Origin: FCB group bacterium
Lineage (GTDB): Bacteria > Fidelibacterota > Marinisomatia > SCGC-AAA003-L08 > JACNLC01
Assembly: GCA_013152375.1 (NCBI GenBank)
Contig: JAADGM010000085.1
Coordinates: forward strand, 4,358 to 68,357
Reading direction: 5' to 3'
DNA length: 64,000 nucleotides
Shown: one piece after another, positions 21,802 to 28,931 of the stretch
How positions within the stretch are numbered: position 1 is the stretch's first letter
How the letters are laid out: each line of letters starts with the position of its first letter
Position numbers and translations under genes: made by a program
The notes under the pieces: generated by a model
Databases searched by the model: none
What the model saw: only the letters and a program-made list of their open reading frames with translations
Told to the model about the DNA's origin: nothing

Positions 21802-23372
21802 AAAGTTAGTTCCCGACGGAATGAGTCGAGAGTTAGGTTATTTTTAAAATTTTCAAATCCTTCCTGATCAATGATATCAGAAATATTGGTATTTTTTTCT
21901 TTCATAATTAACAGACATTTTTCAGTGATTGAAAGCGCTTCCTCTTCTGATAGGAATTCAGCAATGACTCCACCGAGCCGAGTATCTTGGCCTTCCTTTC
22001 CCCCTGCCAGTATCGTGAACCCTTTTTGTTTTTCAATAATGGCATCGAAAGGACAAATAGAGAGACACTGTCCACAGTGTTTACACATATCGTCATCGAT
22101 TACAACAACGCTTCCGTTCATTGCCATGGCGTTTACTTTACACACCGGTACACAGATTTCACAGCCAACACAGTTTTTGTCATCGATCCGCGGTTTTACT
22201 GCTCCAAGGAAACCCAGATCATTAATGTGCGAAATTCCACATGAATTCGGGCATCCCGAACCGGAGATTTTAATATTCCGGTTATTAAGGTTTAGTGCGG
22301 CAATTTTCCCATCGATCTTTTTGAGCAAAGCTTGATTATTCACAACACTTTCAGTACAATATTCTCCAAAGCAGGCTTGAATATTATCTATTCCCTGATC
22401 GAGTGTTTGTAATTTGACTTCGATGAATTCCCTTTTTACCTTACACAGGGATTTTTTATCCACGCCGGGAATTTCAGGAGAGCCACGGACTCCGAAGTGG
22501 ATAATTCCTTGTCCGTATTGTTCCGCAACGTCTGCAATTTTTCTTAACTGAGGTGATGTGACCTCTCCACAGGTAGCCCGGATTTTCAATATGATTGTAT
22601 TTGGCTCTACCCCGTTTATTTTATTTTTGCAGTTAATAATTGTGGAAGCCGATCCCGTCTGTAAATTCCGGTTAAGTTTTTGCCGGACGTCTTCCCTGCC
22701 AAGCCGTTTGATGAGATCAGCGCTCCGGTCTCCCGGATTCCCTTCACTTTTTATAAGATCAAAATAGTTTTGGACAAACCGGACAGCCTGATCGTCAGAG
22801 AGATATTCCGCCATCTTTACGCCGATAGACGGTTTTAAACCCAGCCGTCCACCTACGTAGACATCGTAATAGGCCGTCAATCCGTTTGTACCCAGACCGA
22901 TGAAACTGAGATCGTTCAGCACGCGCGAGATGATACAGTCTTTTTTACAACCGGCCACCCCAATTTTAATCTTGTGAAGTACGGTGTCGCGGAAAAAGAA
23001 TTCTAATTTTTCGGCCAAAGCAATAGAATTAGTCACTGCATCGGCGCAGACCGTATCATCATAACAAACATTGATGTTTCGTACCCTGGGACCGCATCGG
23101 TCTAATTCCAACTCTACATCGGCCAGTTCCTTTTTAACATCTTCAACATCGTTCCAGTGTATATGCGGAATAATCGGAATTTGCCTCGAACTGAATAAGA
23201 GAAAACTCCTGGCATATTTGTCGGTAATATCAGCCAGCGTACGAAGCTGTTTTGAATTCAAATTACAGCAAGCGGTTTTAACCCAGATAGAAAACAAATC
23301 TTTTCCTTTGAGTTTTACAATACCGCTCTTTCTCAGCGTTTCAATATTTTCTTTTGATTTCCGTCCATTCAT
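21798..23372 (-). CDS. Nitrite/sulfite-reductase-family protein with an inserted 2x[4Fe-4S] ferredoxin domain (fused pseudo-dimeric, small assimilatory/Dsr-like type)
   Basis: Two tandem SiR-like halves. Only the second half carries the siroheme-cluster cysteines (ACFGEYC ... GCPNSC). Those are followed by CVGCEICVPVC and CKHCGQCLSICP ferredoxin motifs. Confidence 0.65.
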   Translation of the reverse strand: MNGRKSKENIETLRKSGIVKLKGKDLFSIWVKTACCNLNSKQLRTLADITDKYARSFLLFSSRQIPIIPHIHWNDVEDVKKELADVELELDRCGPRVRNINVCYDDTVCADAVTNSIALAEKLEFFFRDTVLHKIKIGVAGCKKDCIISRVLNDLSFIGLGTNGLTAYYDVYVGGRLGLKPSIGVKMAEYLSDDQAVRFVQNYFDLIKSEGNPGDRSADLIKRLGREDVRQKLNRNLQTGSASTIINCKNKINGVEPNTIILKIRATCGEVTSPQLRKIADVAEQYGQGIIHFGVRGSPEIPGVDKKSLCKVKREFIEVKLQTLDQGIDNIQACFGEYCTESVVNNQALLKKIDGKIAALNLNNRNIKISGSGCPNSCGISHINDLGFLGAVKPRIDDKNCVGCEICVPVCKVNAMAMNGSVVVIDDDMCKHCGQCLSICPFDAIIEKQKGFTILAGGKEGQDTRLGGVIAEFLSEEEALSITEKCLLIMKEKNTNISDIIDQEGFENFKNNLTLDSFRRELTF

Positions 23373-23409
23373 TTTGTTATTTTTCTTTCTTTGTTATTTA
23401 GTTACTCAT

Positions 23410-23448
23410 AAAAAAAACCCCTTTACTTATACCGGTAAAGGGGTTTTT
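23410..23448 (-). terminator. Intrinsic terminator / attenuator hairpin A, 37 nt upstream of the sulfite-reductase ATG
   Basis: Minus-strand RNA: AAAAACCCCUUUAC-CGGUAUAA-GUAAAGGGG followed by U8. The stem is perfect. Confidence 0.7.
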
Positions 23449-23472
23449 AAATTGTGTTTTATTCAAATAATC

Positions 23473-23550
23473 CTACACGGGTATAAATCCTTCCATATTG
23501 ATGGAGCAACAACAGATATTGCAGATACAAACAGCATCATTCGTTTTCAT
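23473..23550 (-). CDS. Cys-cluster mini-ORF A (25 codons), candidate leader peptide. An in-frame extension to the ATG at 23640 would give 58 aa.
   Basis: My hand translation is MKTNDAVCICNICCCSINMEGFIPV*. It is below the 60-aa track cutoff. Five of nine consecutive codons are Cys, and terminator A follows. Confidence 0.45.
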   Translation of the reverse strand: MKTNDAVCICNICCCSINMEGFIPV

Positions 23551-23730
23551 TTCGTGACGAATTTTGCCGGTAAGGACTATTGGCCGTCCCGGGACTGACG
23601 CGCCGGCGTTAAAACCGGTTGGTTTTTTATTATCGATCATTGGTCTAATTTTTTCATTTTAAATTTCCATTTTCCGGGAATGTCAATCAATGTTCCTCTT
23701 TTTAATTTTCCCCACCATTTATTGTTGTTC

Positions 23731-23770
23731 AAAAAAAAAGCCCTTTTACTTATGCTGGTAAAAGGGCTTA
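23731..23770 (-). terminator. Intrinsic terminator / attenuator hairpin B (paralogue of A)
   Basis: Minus-strand RNA: GCCCUUUUAC-CAGCAUAA-GUAAAAGGGC followed by U9. The loop and stem are nearly identical to hairpin A. Confidence 0.7.
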
Positions 23771-23791
23771 AATCTTTTAAATCGGATATAC

Positions 23792-23857
23792 CTATACCGG
23801 CAGAAAATTCCTTTCATACATACAACAAGCGCACCGATTTTGTATTTTGATCATCAT
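23792..23857 (-). CDS. Cys-cluster mini-ORF B (21 codons), candidate leader peptide
   Basis: My hand translation is MMIKIQNRCACCMYERNFLPV*. An in-frame TAA lies two codons upstream, so it cannot be longer. It shares the CC...M.E.(N)F(I/L)PV* tail with mini-ORF A. Confidence 0.45.
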   Translation of the reverse strand: MMIKIQNRCACCMYERNFLPV

Positions 23858-24181
23858 TTCTTACATCGTTTAAAAATTAACGTCAAAAGTTAAGACGATG
23901 TCATTTGTTTCCACAACAGTAATAATATATATTTTTTCCCATAAATTAAGACTTGGCCGACTATGAAGCCGGGATTCCTGCAGATAAGAGATACCATAAT
24001 ATGTTGCCGACGTTCAATTATTGTTAATCCAGTATGTAATTTATAAGGATAATAGAAACTGCCGGAACCTCAAGTGGACAAAAGCCGCATAACGTCAGCA
24101 TTCGGTAGGACAGATTGCTGCCAGAATGATTCAAATTTCCCAGGGAGTAACCATAGGGACGGAGGGAATCCCGCTAAGGTC

Positions 24182-24221
24182 CTTGCAATTATAAAAACAA
24201 ACCTGCTTTCATCTTCACGGG
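24182..24221. repeat. Direct repeat copy 2 (remnant of a tusA-like 3' end)
   Basis: cttgcaattataaaaacaaacctgctttcatcttcacggg. On the minus strand it reads ...REDESRFVFIIAR, against REDESRFVLIIAR* in the intact gene. An in-frame TGA lies just upstream, so it is not a gene. Confidence 0.9.
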
Positions 24222-24242
24222 TCTGTCAGTCAGAAGAAAAAA

Positions 24243-24854
24243 TCAGGTTGATTTCTTGAACAGGACAGATCGGATGCCTCTCTCCTCTCCCCGGCGGATT
24301 TTCAGAATATTGGGAAGATGCTTGAAGAAACCGATCAGGGATAGCGCAACGGATATCACGATGATCAAACGGGAATAGTGGAAATAGTACAACAATCCGG
24401 GCAGCGCAGCATAGAGGGTCACCGAACCAACGGCGATATAATCTGAAACCAGCGAGAAAATCATCATGGAGATCGCCAGGATAAGACCGATGCGCCAGTC
24501 AAACAGCAGAAAGGCTCCCAGCAGACTGGCAACCCCCTTACCGCCCCTGAAACCGAGAAACACCGGGAAGATATGCCCGACCACCGCACCGCAACCGGCC
24601 AGAAAGGGCAGAATTTCCGGACCATCAACCAGATTTCTGATCAGCACAACTGCAAAGGCCGCTTTAAAAAAATCCATCCCAAAAGTCAGAATACCCCACT
24701 TCATTCCCAATACCATTGTCACATTGGAGGCGCCGGCGTTAGTGGTGCCGTGTTCACGAATGTCAATCCGGTGGATGAACTTACCAATGAAGTATGATGT
24801 TTGAAAACAACCCAGCAGATAGCCGGCAAGCAGAGCGGTGATGTAAATATTCAT
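24243..24854 (-). CDS. plsY: Glycerol-3-phosphate acyltransferase PlsY
   Basis: 203 aa and polytopic. Conserved blocks: G.TNAGA.N region (HGTTNAGASNV) and FLGFRGGKGVA. Confidence 0.85.
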   Translation of the reverse strand: MNIYITALLAGYLLGCFQTSYFIGKFIHRIDIREHGTTNAGASNVTMVLGMKWGILTFGMDFFKAAFAVVLIRNLVDGPEILPFLAGCGAVVGHIFPVFLGFRGGKGVASLLGAFLLFDWRIGLILAISMMIFSLVSDYIAVGSVTLYAALPGLLYYFHYSRLIIVISVALSLIGFFKHLPNILKIRRGEERGIRSVLFKKST

Positions 24855-25060
24855 GAGGATCCGTTTTGGATTAATTTAGAGACCCGGGAATCTACCAGAC
24901 AAGCGGTAAAGACAGCGTTTCACAGAAATCAGATGCTTATTCAAAATCTGTAATGGTAATGAACTGGGTAAAGGCGTTCGTCAAGCGGTCACTTTTCCCT
25001 TTTCTGAAATCCCTTTAGACCTTTAATCTTCCAGTATTCTGACGAAGCAATAACGTTTAA

Positions 25061-25861
25061 ATGAGAATTCCATTCACAAAAGCACAGGGTACGGGGAATG
25101 ATTTTATCATCCTCTGGGAGAAAGAATGCCCCGGGGTTATCCGCACTCCGGAGTTCATCTCGGCCATTTGTGCCAGAAGAACCGGCGTCGGTGCTGATGC
25201 CCTGCTCATTTTGTCACGAACCCCGGATTTCGATTTTAAAATGGATTATTATAATTCCGACGGCAGCTGGGAGACCATGTGTGCCAACGGTTCCCGTTGC
25301 GCGGCCCTTTTCATGGTTGACCGCGGCCTTGCGGGCAATTCGATGCGTTTCCTGACAGGAGACGGATCTCATCGGGTGGAATTCCGCGATTCCCGGCATA
25401 TTCGCCTGCAGATGACACCTCCCAGCTATGCCGCAGAGCAGCTGTCTGTGGGGGGGTATTGTGGAAATCATGTAGATTCCGGTGCTGCACATTTTGTGAT
25501 TGAAGCCCCGGGGTTCACCCGGGAAAAAGTCGTCTCGGCAGCACCGGCTATCCGCCATGCTGACTGCTTTGCGCCCAGGGGTGTGAATGTAAACTTTTAC
25601 CAGCTTGAGGAAGATTCAACATTGCGAGTCCTGACTTATGAAAAAGGGGTGGAAAGTTTTATGCTCTCCTGCGGTTCCGGGTCTGTGGCAGCGGCCTATG
25701 ATGCCGCACGAAAGCTGCGGTTATCAAGCCCCATCAGTATCCGTGTCCCCGGGGGGAAGCTGCAGGTGGAATTCGATGAAAACTGGCAGGAAGTCTGGCT
25801 CACGGGTCCTGCAGTCCTGCTGTTCAAGTCCACGATCGATACGGAAGATCTTTTACAGTAA
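25061..25861 (+). CDS. dapF: Diaminopimelate epimerase
   Basis: GTGNDFIIL N-terminal motif. The two catalytic Cys contexts are present (MCANGSRC, SCGSGS). Confidence 0.9.
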   Translation: MRIPFTKAQGTGNDFIILWEKECPGVIRTPEFISAICARRTGVGADALLILSRTPDFDFKMDYYNSDGSWETMCANGSRCAALFMVDRGLAGNSMRFLTGDGSHRVEFRDSRHIRLQMTPPSYAAEQLSVGGYCGNHVDSGAAHFVIEAPGFTREKVVSAAPAIRHADCFAPRGVNVNFYQLEEDSTLRVLTYEKGVESFMLSCGSGSVAAAYDAARKLRLSSPISIRVPGGKLQVEFDENWQEVWLTGPAVLLFKSTIDTEDLLQ

Positions 25862-26301
25862 TGCCTGAAGCGATCATCATCAGAGATTTTAAGCTGGAAG
25901 ACTATACAGCCCTCGTCCAGCTATGGCGGGAGGTAAGCCTGCCCTACAAACCCAGGGGCAGAGACACCCTGGAGAAGATTGCCCGGGAGATCCTTCAGCC
26001 GACAGCAATTTTCCTGGTTGCAGAAGCAAAGGAGCAGATTATCGGTGCCGTTCTGGGCACTCATGACGGCCGCAAGGGTTGGATCAATCGGCTTGCAGTG
26101 GCTCCCGGGTTCCAGGGACGGGGACTGGGGCGCCGGCTCATCGAAGCGGTAGAGCAGCGTCTGGATGATGCCGGGATCGACATTGTGGCCTGTCTCATAG
26201 AAGATTGGAATACTGTCTCGCAGACGGTCTTTACAAAATGCGGCTACAGCCGCCATGACGATATTCATTACTATAGCAAACGCAAAAACAAAGATGTCTG
26301 A
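25861..26301 (+). CDS. GNAT family N-acetyltransferase
   Basis: Acetyl-CoA-binding motif (RLAVAPGFQGRGLGRRLIE). 146 aa. Its ATG overlaps the dapF stop (TAATG). Confidence 0.8.
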   Translation: MPEAIIIRDFKLEDYTALVQLWREVSLPYKPRGRDTLEKIAREILQPTAIFLVAEAKEQIIGAVLGTHDGRKGWINRLAVAPGFQGRGLGRRLIEAVEQRLDDAGIDIVACLIEDWNTVSQTVFTKCGYSRHDDIHYYSKRKNKDV

Positions 26302-26386
26302 AAAGACCATCGGTCTTCTGCCGCTACTAAACAATTATAAGGGCTGAAGCATCCGTAATTCCTCCAAAGGTACACTCTCCGTCACC

Positions 26387-27232
26387 ATGGCATTTCTGTT
26401 GTGGGGACTTTTTCCCATCTACTGGAAAGCCCTGCGAATGCTGCCCCCTGCTGAAATACTCAGTCATCGCATCATCTGGGCATTTTTGTTTTTCGTTGTG
26501 ATTCTTACGGTCCGGCACCGTTGGGGAGAATTGGCGTTGGTGGTCCGGGAGAAAAAGAGCCTGCTGACCCTGGCGGTGACGGCAACCCTTATCACAGTCA
26601 ACTGGCTGGTGTTTATTTGGGCCGTAAATTCAGGCCAGATCGTTGAAGCAAGCCTGGGATATTTCATCAACCCCCTGGTCAATGTGCTGCTGGGGGTCCT
26701 GCTGCTTAGAGAACATCTGTCGCGCTGGCAGATTATTTCTGTGGTCCTGGCGGCCATCGGGGTAAGTATTCTCACGATCCAGGTTGACCGCTTCCCCTGG
26801 ATTGCCCTGACTCTGGCACTTTCATTTGGGAGCTATGGATTTTTACGCAAGACGGCCAGGGCGGAATCTCTCATCGGTTTAACAGTTGAGACGGGCCTGT
26901 TGACACCATTTGTGCTGTTCTATCTGTTGGCTGTGGCAGATACACCCGGTGGCGCAGCGCTGCATCAGGGTTTTCTCACATGGGTCTTGCTCGTGGGAGC
27001 GGGTGTCGTCACGGGGATTCCCCTGCTGCTGTTCAATTACGGCACCAGGATGATCCGCTATTCAACGGTGGGCTTCCTGCAATACCTGGCGCCCACTCTG
27101 CAGCTTTTACTGGGGATTATTCTCTATCATGAGACCTTTACGACCGTACATCTCATTTCTTTTTCTTTCATTTGGCTTGGGTTGATCCTCTATACAATCT
27201 CAGCAGCAGAGTTTGGAAAATTTCGCCGCTAA
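26387..27232 (+). CDS. rarD: EamA/RarD-type drug/metabolite transporter
   Basis: WGLFPIYWK motif and about 10 hydrophobic segments. RarD-like sequence (KGTLSVT) continues in frame upstream of the first ATG with no canonical start codon. The annotated start may therefore be short. Confidence 0.75.
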   Translation: MAFLLWGLFPIYWKALRMLPPAEILSHRIIWAFLFFVVILTVRHRWGELALVVREKKSLLTLAVTATLITVNWLVFIWAVNSGQIVEASLGYFINPLVNVLLGVLLLREHLSRWQIISVVLAAIGVSILTIQVDRFPWIALTLALSFGSYGFLRKTARAESLIGLTVETGLLTPFVLFYLLAVADTPGGAALHQGFLTWVLLVGAGVVTGIPLLLFNYGTRMIRYSTVGFLQYLAPTLQLLLGIILYHETFTTVHLISFSFIWLGLILYTISAAEFGKFRR

Positions 27233-27304
27233 CGCCTTTAGCACTGACAGGCAGGGCACAACCTGAAATACCGGCCGGCTCCGCACGAAGGCTCGCAAAC
27301 ACAG

Positions 27305-27340
27305 ATTTGCATATAATGCCATAATATTTGCAAATAATGC
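27305..27340 (+). promoter_or_regulatory. Pair of 15-nt direct repeats with 21-nt spacing, including a TATAAT hexamer, upstream of the TPR/HTH gene
   Basis: atttgcatataatgc (27305..27319) and atttgcaaataatgc (27326..27340) match at 14 of 15 positions. TATAAT lies at 27312..27317. I saw no convincing -35 element. Confidence 0.3.
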
Positions 27341-27347
27341 TTGCACC

Positions 27348-28931
27348 ATGTTTTTATTCCTCTCTAATTTTCCGGTGATGAAAATGACGGAAAAATACCT
27401 GCAACAGACTTTGGACATCCCTGAAATCTTTCAGCCGGAAGGGGAATTGCCCCCGACAATGGCGTTGAACGTCATTGAGACGAACACCCGCTGGACGGAA
27501 TTTATCGCACAGCTCTCACAATTTGGTGAGCTGGATGTCCCGGAGACCAAAGAACAATTGGAGAGTCTGTTATCCAGCGAAGGGGCACCTGAAAAAAGAG
27601 CCGCACTGATGGCGGGCATTGCTCGTTGTGAAATCGGAGAGGGACGTTTTCTCGAAGGGGCTCAGCTGCTGGGGTATGCGTATTCACTGCTCAGTAACGA
27701 TCAGAGAGAAGCCAGAGCCTTTGTGCTTTTGGAAATGGTGGGTTTTCTGGCAGTTATTGGCAGTTATGATTCCGCACTCATGATCCTCGGGACGGTAAAA
27801 TCGCTTACACGTTCAGAATATCTGTTAAAACTGGCAAACTATTACGGTCTTGTAAATGTTGGGCGTAAGGGTGACCTTTCTGTGGTTGAGCGCTTAAAAG
27901 CCTCCGCAGATTATTTCAAAAAAAATGGTCAGATTGCGACTCTGGCGTACCATTTCAAAAATATCGGGAATATTTTTGGGAAAATGGGCAATTATAAAGA
28001 AACAGATATCTATTATAACAAAGCGCTGGAACTCACGGCAGAGCCTCGCTATCGACATATCAAGGCCGCTTTGCTGCACGATGTCGGGATGCTGAAGTTC
28101 AGACAGGGCTTGCCGGAGAAAGCCATCCGCTATTTAGAGGAATCGGCCAAAACGGCTGAGAGTTTTTATACCCGCAGCTATGCAATTGGCAATATCGGTT
28201 TCATTCATTTTCAGAGAAAAGAATTTGCCCTGGCGACTGATTATTTTGAACGCTCCCTGGATATTGCAAATCACTACGGTGTCTTTCATTTGGTTCCCGG
28301 AAATTGCTACTACCTGGCGAACTGTTACGAAAATTTGGGTAAACCGGAACTGGCAGATCATTATTTCAGTAAGGGAGCCGAACTCTCATTGGAACTGGCC
28401 CAACGAAAATTTCCCCTGAAAGGAGAGCGGCTGAGGGTCATCGATGCGTATATCGCCTTTCTCAAACGTAATAAAACCAGACCAATGAGCACTTATACGC
28501 AATACGAGTTTTCATTCGCCGAAGGGAAACCAATGGGAACAATACGCGCCATCTTTCAGAAATCTCTCATGGATGTGGTTTGCCACAGAGCCGGTTCTGT
28601 ACAGGAGGCCGTCAAAAGGCTCGGGATGGCCCGGCGTACCTGGTCGAAAACTCAGGAACGTGTGCGGGGCGTCTCCCTCAATGCCATTCCTGAAAGCATT
28701 CAACTTTTTATTCAGGACAATGAAACTCTCACCTGGAAAGAGATCAATCGAAAATTTGACGATCATCTATTGGCCTATCTTTACCACAAAAACGATATGA
28801 GCAAAAAGAAGTTAAGTACACAATTAGGGCTTAATTACTCCAGGCTCGTCACAAGATTTAAAGAAATAGACCCCAGTATTCTGACCGACCGAAACGTAAA
28901 CCGGACCCTCGTGAAGGAGGATTTATCATGA
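27348..28931 (+). CDS. TPR-repeat protein with C-terminal Fis-type helix-turn-helix region(s), putative transcriptional regulator
   Basis: Multiple TPR-like repeats (YYNKALEL.., YFERSLDIA.., YFSKGAEL..). C-terminal GSVQEAVKRLGMARRTWSKTQERV, plus a second HTH-like KKKLSTQLGLNYSRLVTRFKEI. The start is uncertain, with alternative Met codons at 27378 and 27384. Confidence 0.55.
   Translation: MFLFLSNFPVMKMTEKYLQQTLDIPEIFQPEGELPPTMALNVIETNTRWTEFIAQLSQFGELDVPETKEQLESLLSSEGAPEKRAALMAGIARCEIGEGRFLEGAQLLGYAYSLLSNDQREARAFVLLEMVGFLAVIGSYDSALMILGTVKSLTRSEYLLKLANYYGLVNVGRKGDLSVVERLKASADYFKKNGQIATLAYHFKNIGNIFGKMGNYKETDIYYNKALELTAEPRYRHIKAALLHDVGMLKFRQGLPEKAIRYLEESAKTAESFYTRSYAIGNIGFIHFQRKEFALATDYFERSLDIANHYGVFHLVPGNCYYLANCYENLGKPELADHYFSKGAELSLELAQRKFPLKGERLRVIDAYIAFLKRNKTRPMSTYTQYEFSFAEGKPMGTIRAIFQKSLMDVVCHRAGSVQEAVKRLGMARRTWSKTQERVRGVSLNAIPESIQLFIQDNETLTWKEINRKFDDHLLAYLYHKNDMSKKKLSTQLGLNYSRLVTRFKEIDPSILTDRNVNRTLVKEDLS

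Noticed and set aside
23071-23598. A 175-aa plus-strand ORF spanning the sulfite-reductase 5' end, terminator A and mini-ORF A.
   Set aside because: It is antisense to a well-supported gene and runs through a terminator hairpin. Its composition is Ser/Phe/Leu-rich shadow sequence.
23473-23640. The 58-aa extended reading of mini-ORF A (MIDNKKPTGFNAGASVPGRPIVLTGKIRHEMKTND...) as a RiPP-type precursor with a leader and a Cys-rich core.
   Set aside because: The paralogous mini-ORF B cannot be extended beyond 21 codons because of an in-frame TAA. The similarity between the two units starts only near the Cys cluster. I saw no maturation enzymes (radical SAM, YcaO, LanM and so on). It is kept only as an alternative within the attenuator finding.
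23951-23990. A plus-strand stretch, ACUUGGCCGACUAUGAAGCCGGGAUUCCUGCAGAUAAGAG, resembles parts of a SAM-I riboswitch (..GGCCC.AUGAAACCCGG.. / ..AAUUCCUGCAG.. / ..AGAUAAGAG). It lies in the spacer next to a sulfur operon.
   Set aside because: The GAGGGA core, the 5' P1 strand (CUCUUAUC), P3 and most of P4 are all missing. The orientation is opposite to the sulfur operon, and no plus-strand gene follows. At best it is a degraded relic. An Rfam SAM-I covariance search would settle it.
24074-24259. A 61-aa plus-strand ORF covering the tusA remnant and overlapping the plsY 3' end.
   Set aside because: It has no motif, it overlaps the repeat relic in antisense, and it sits in a probable recombination scar.
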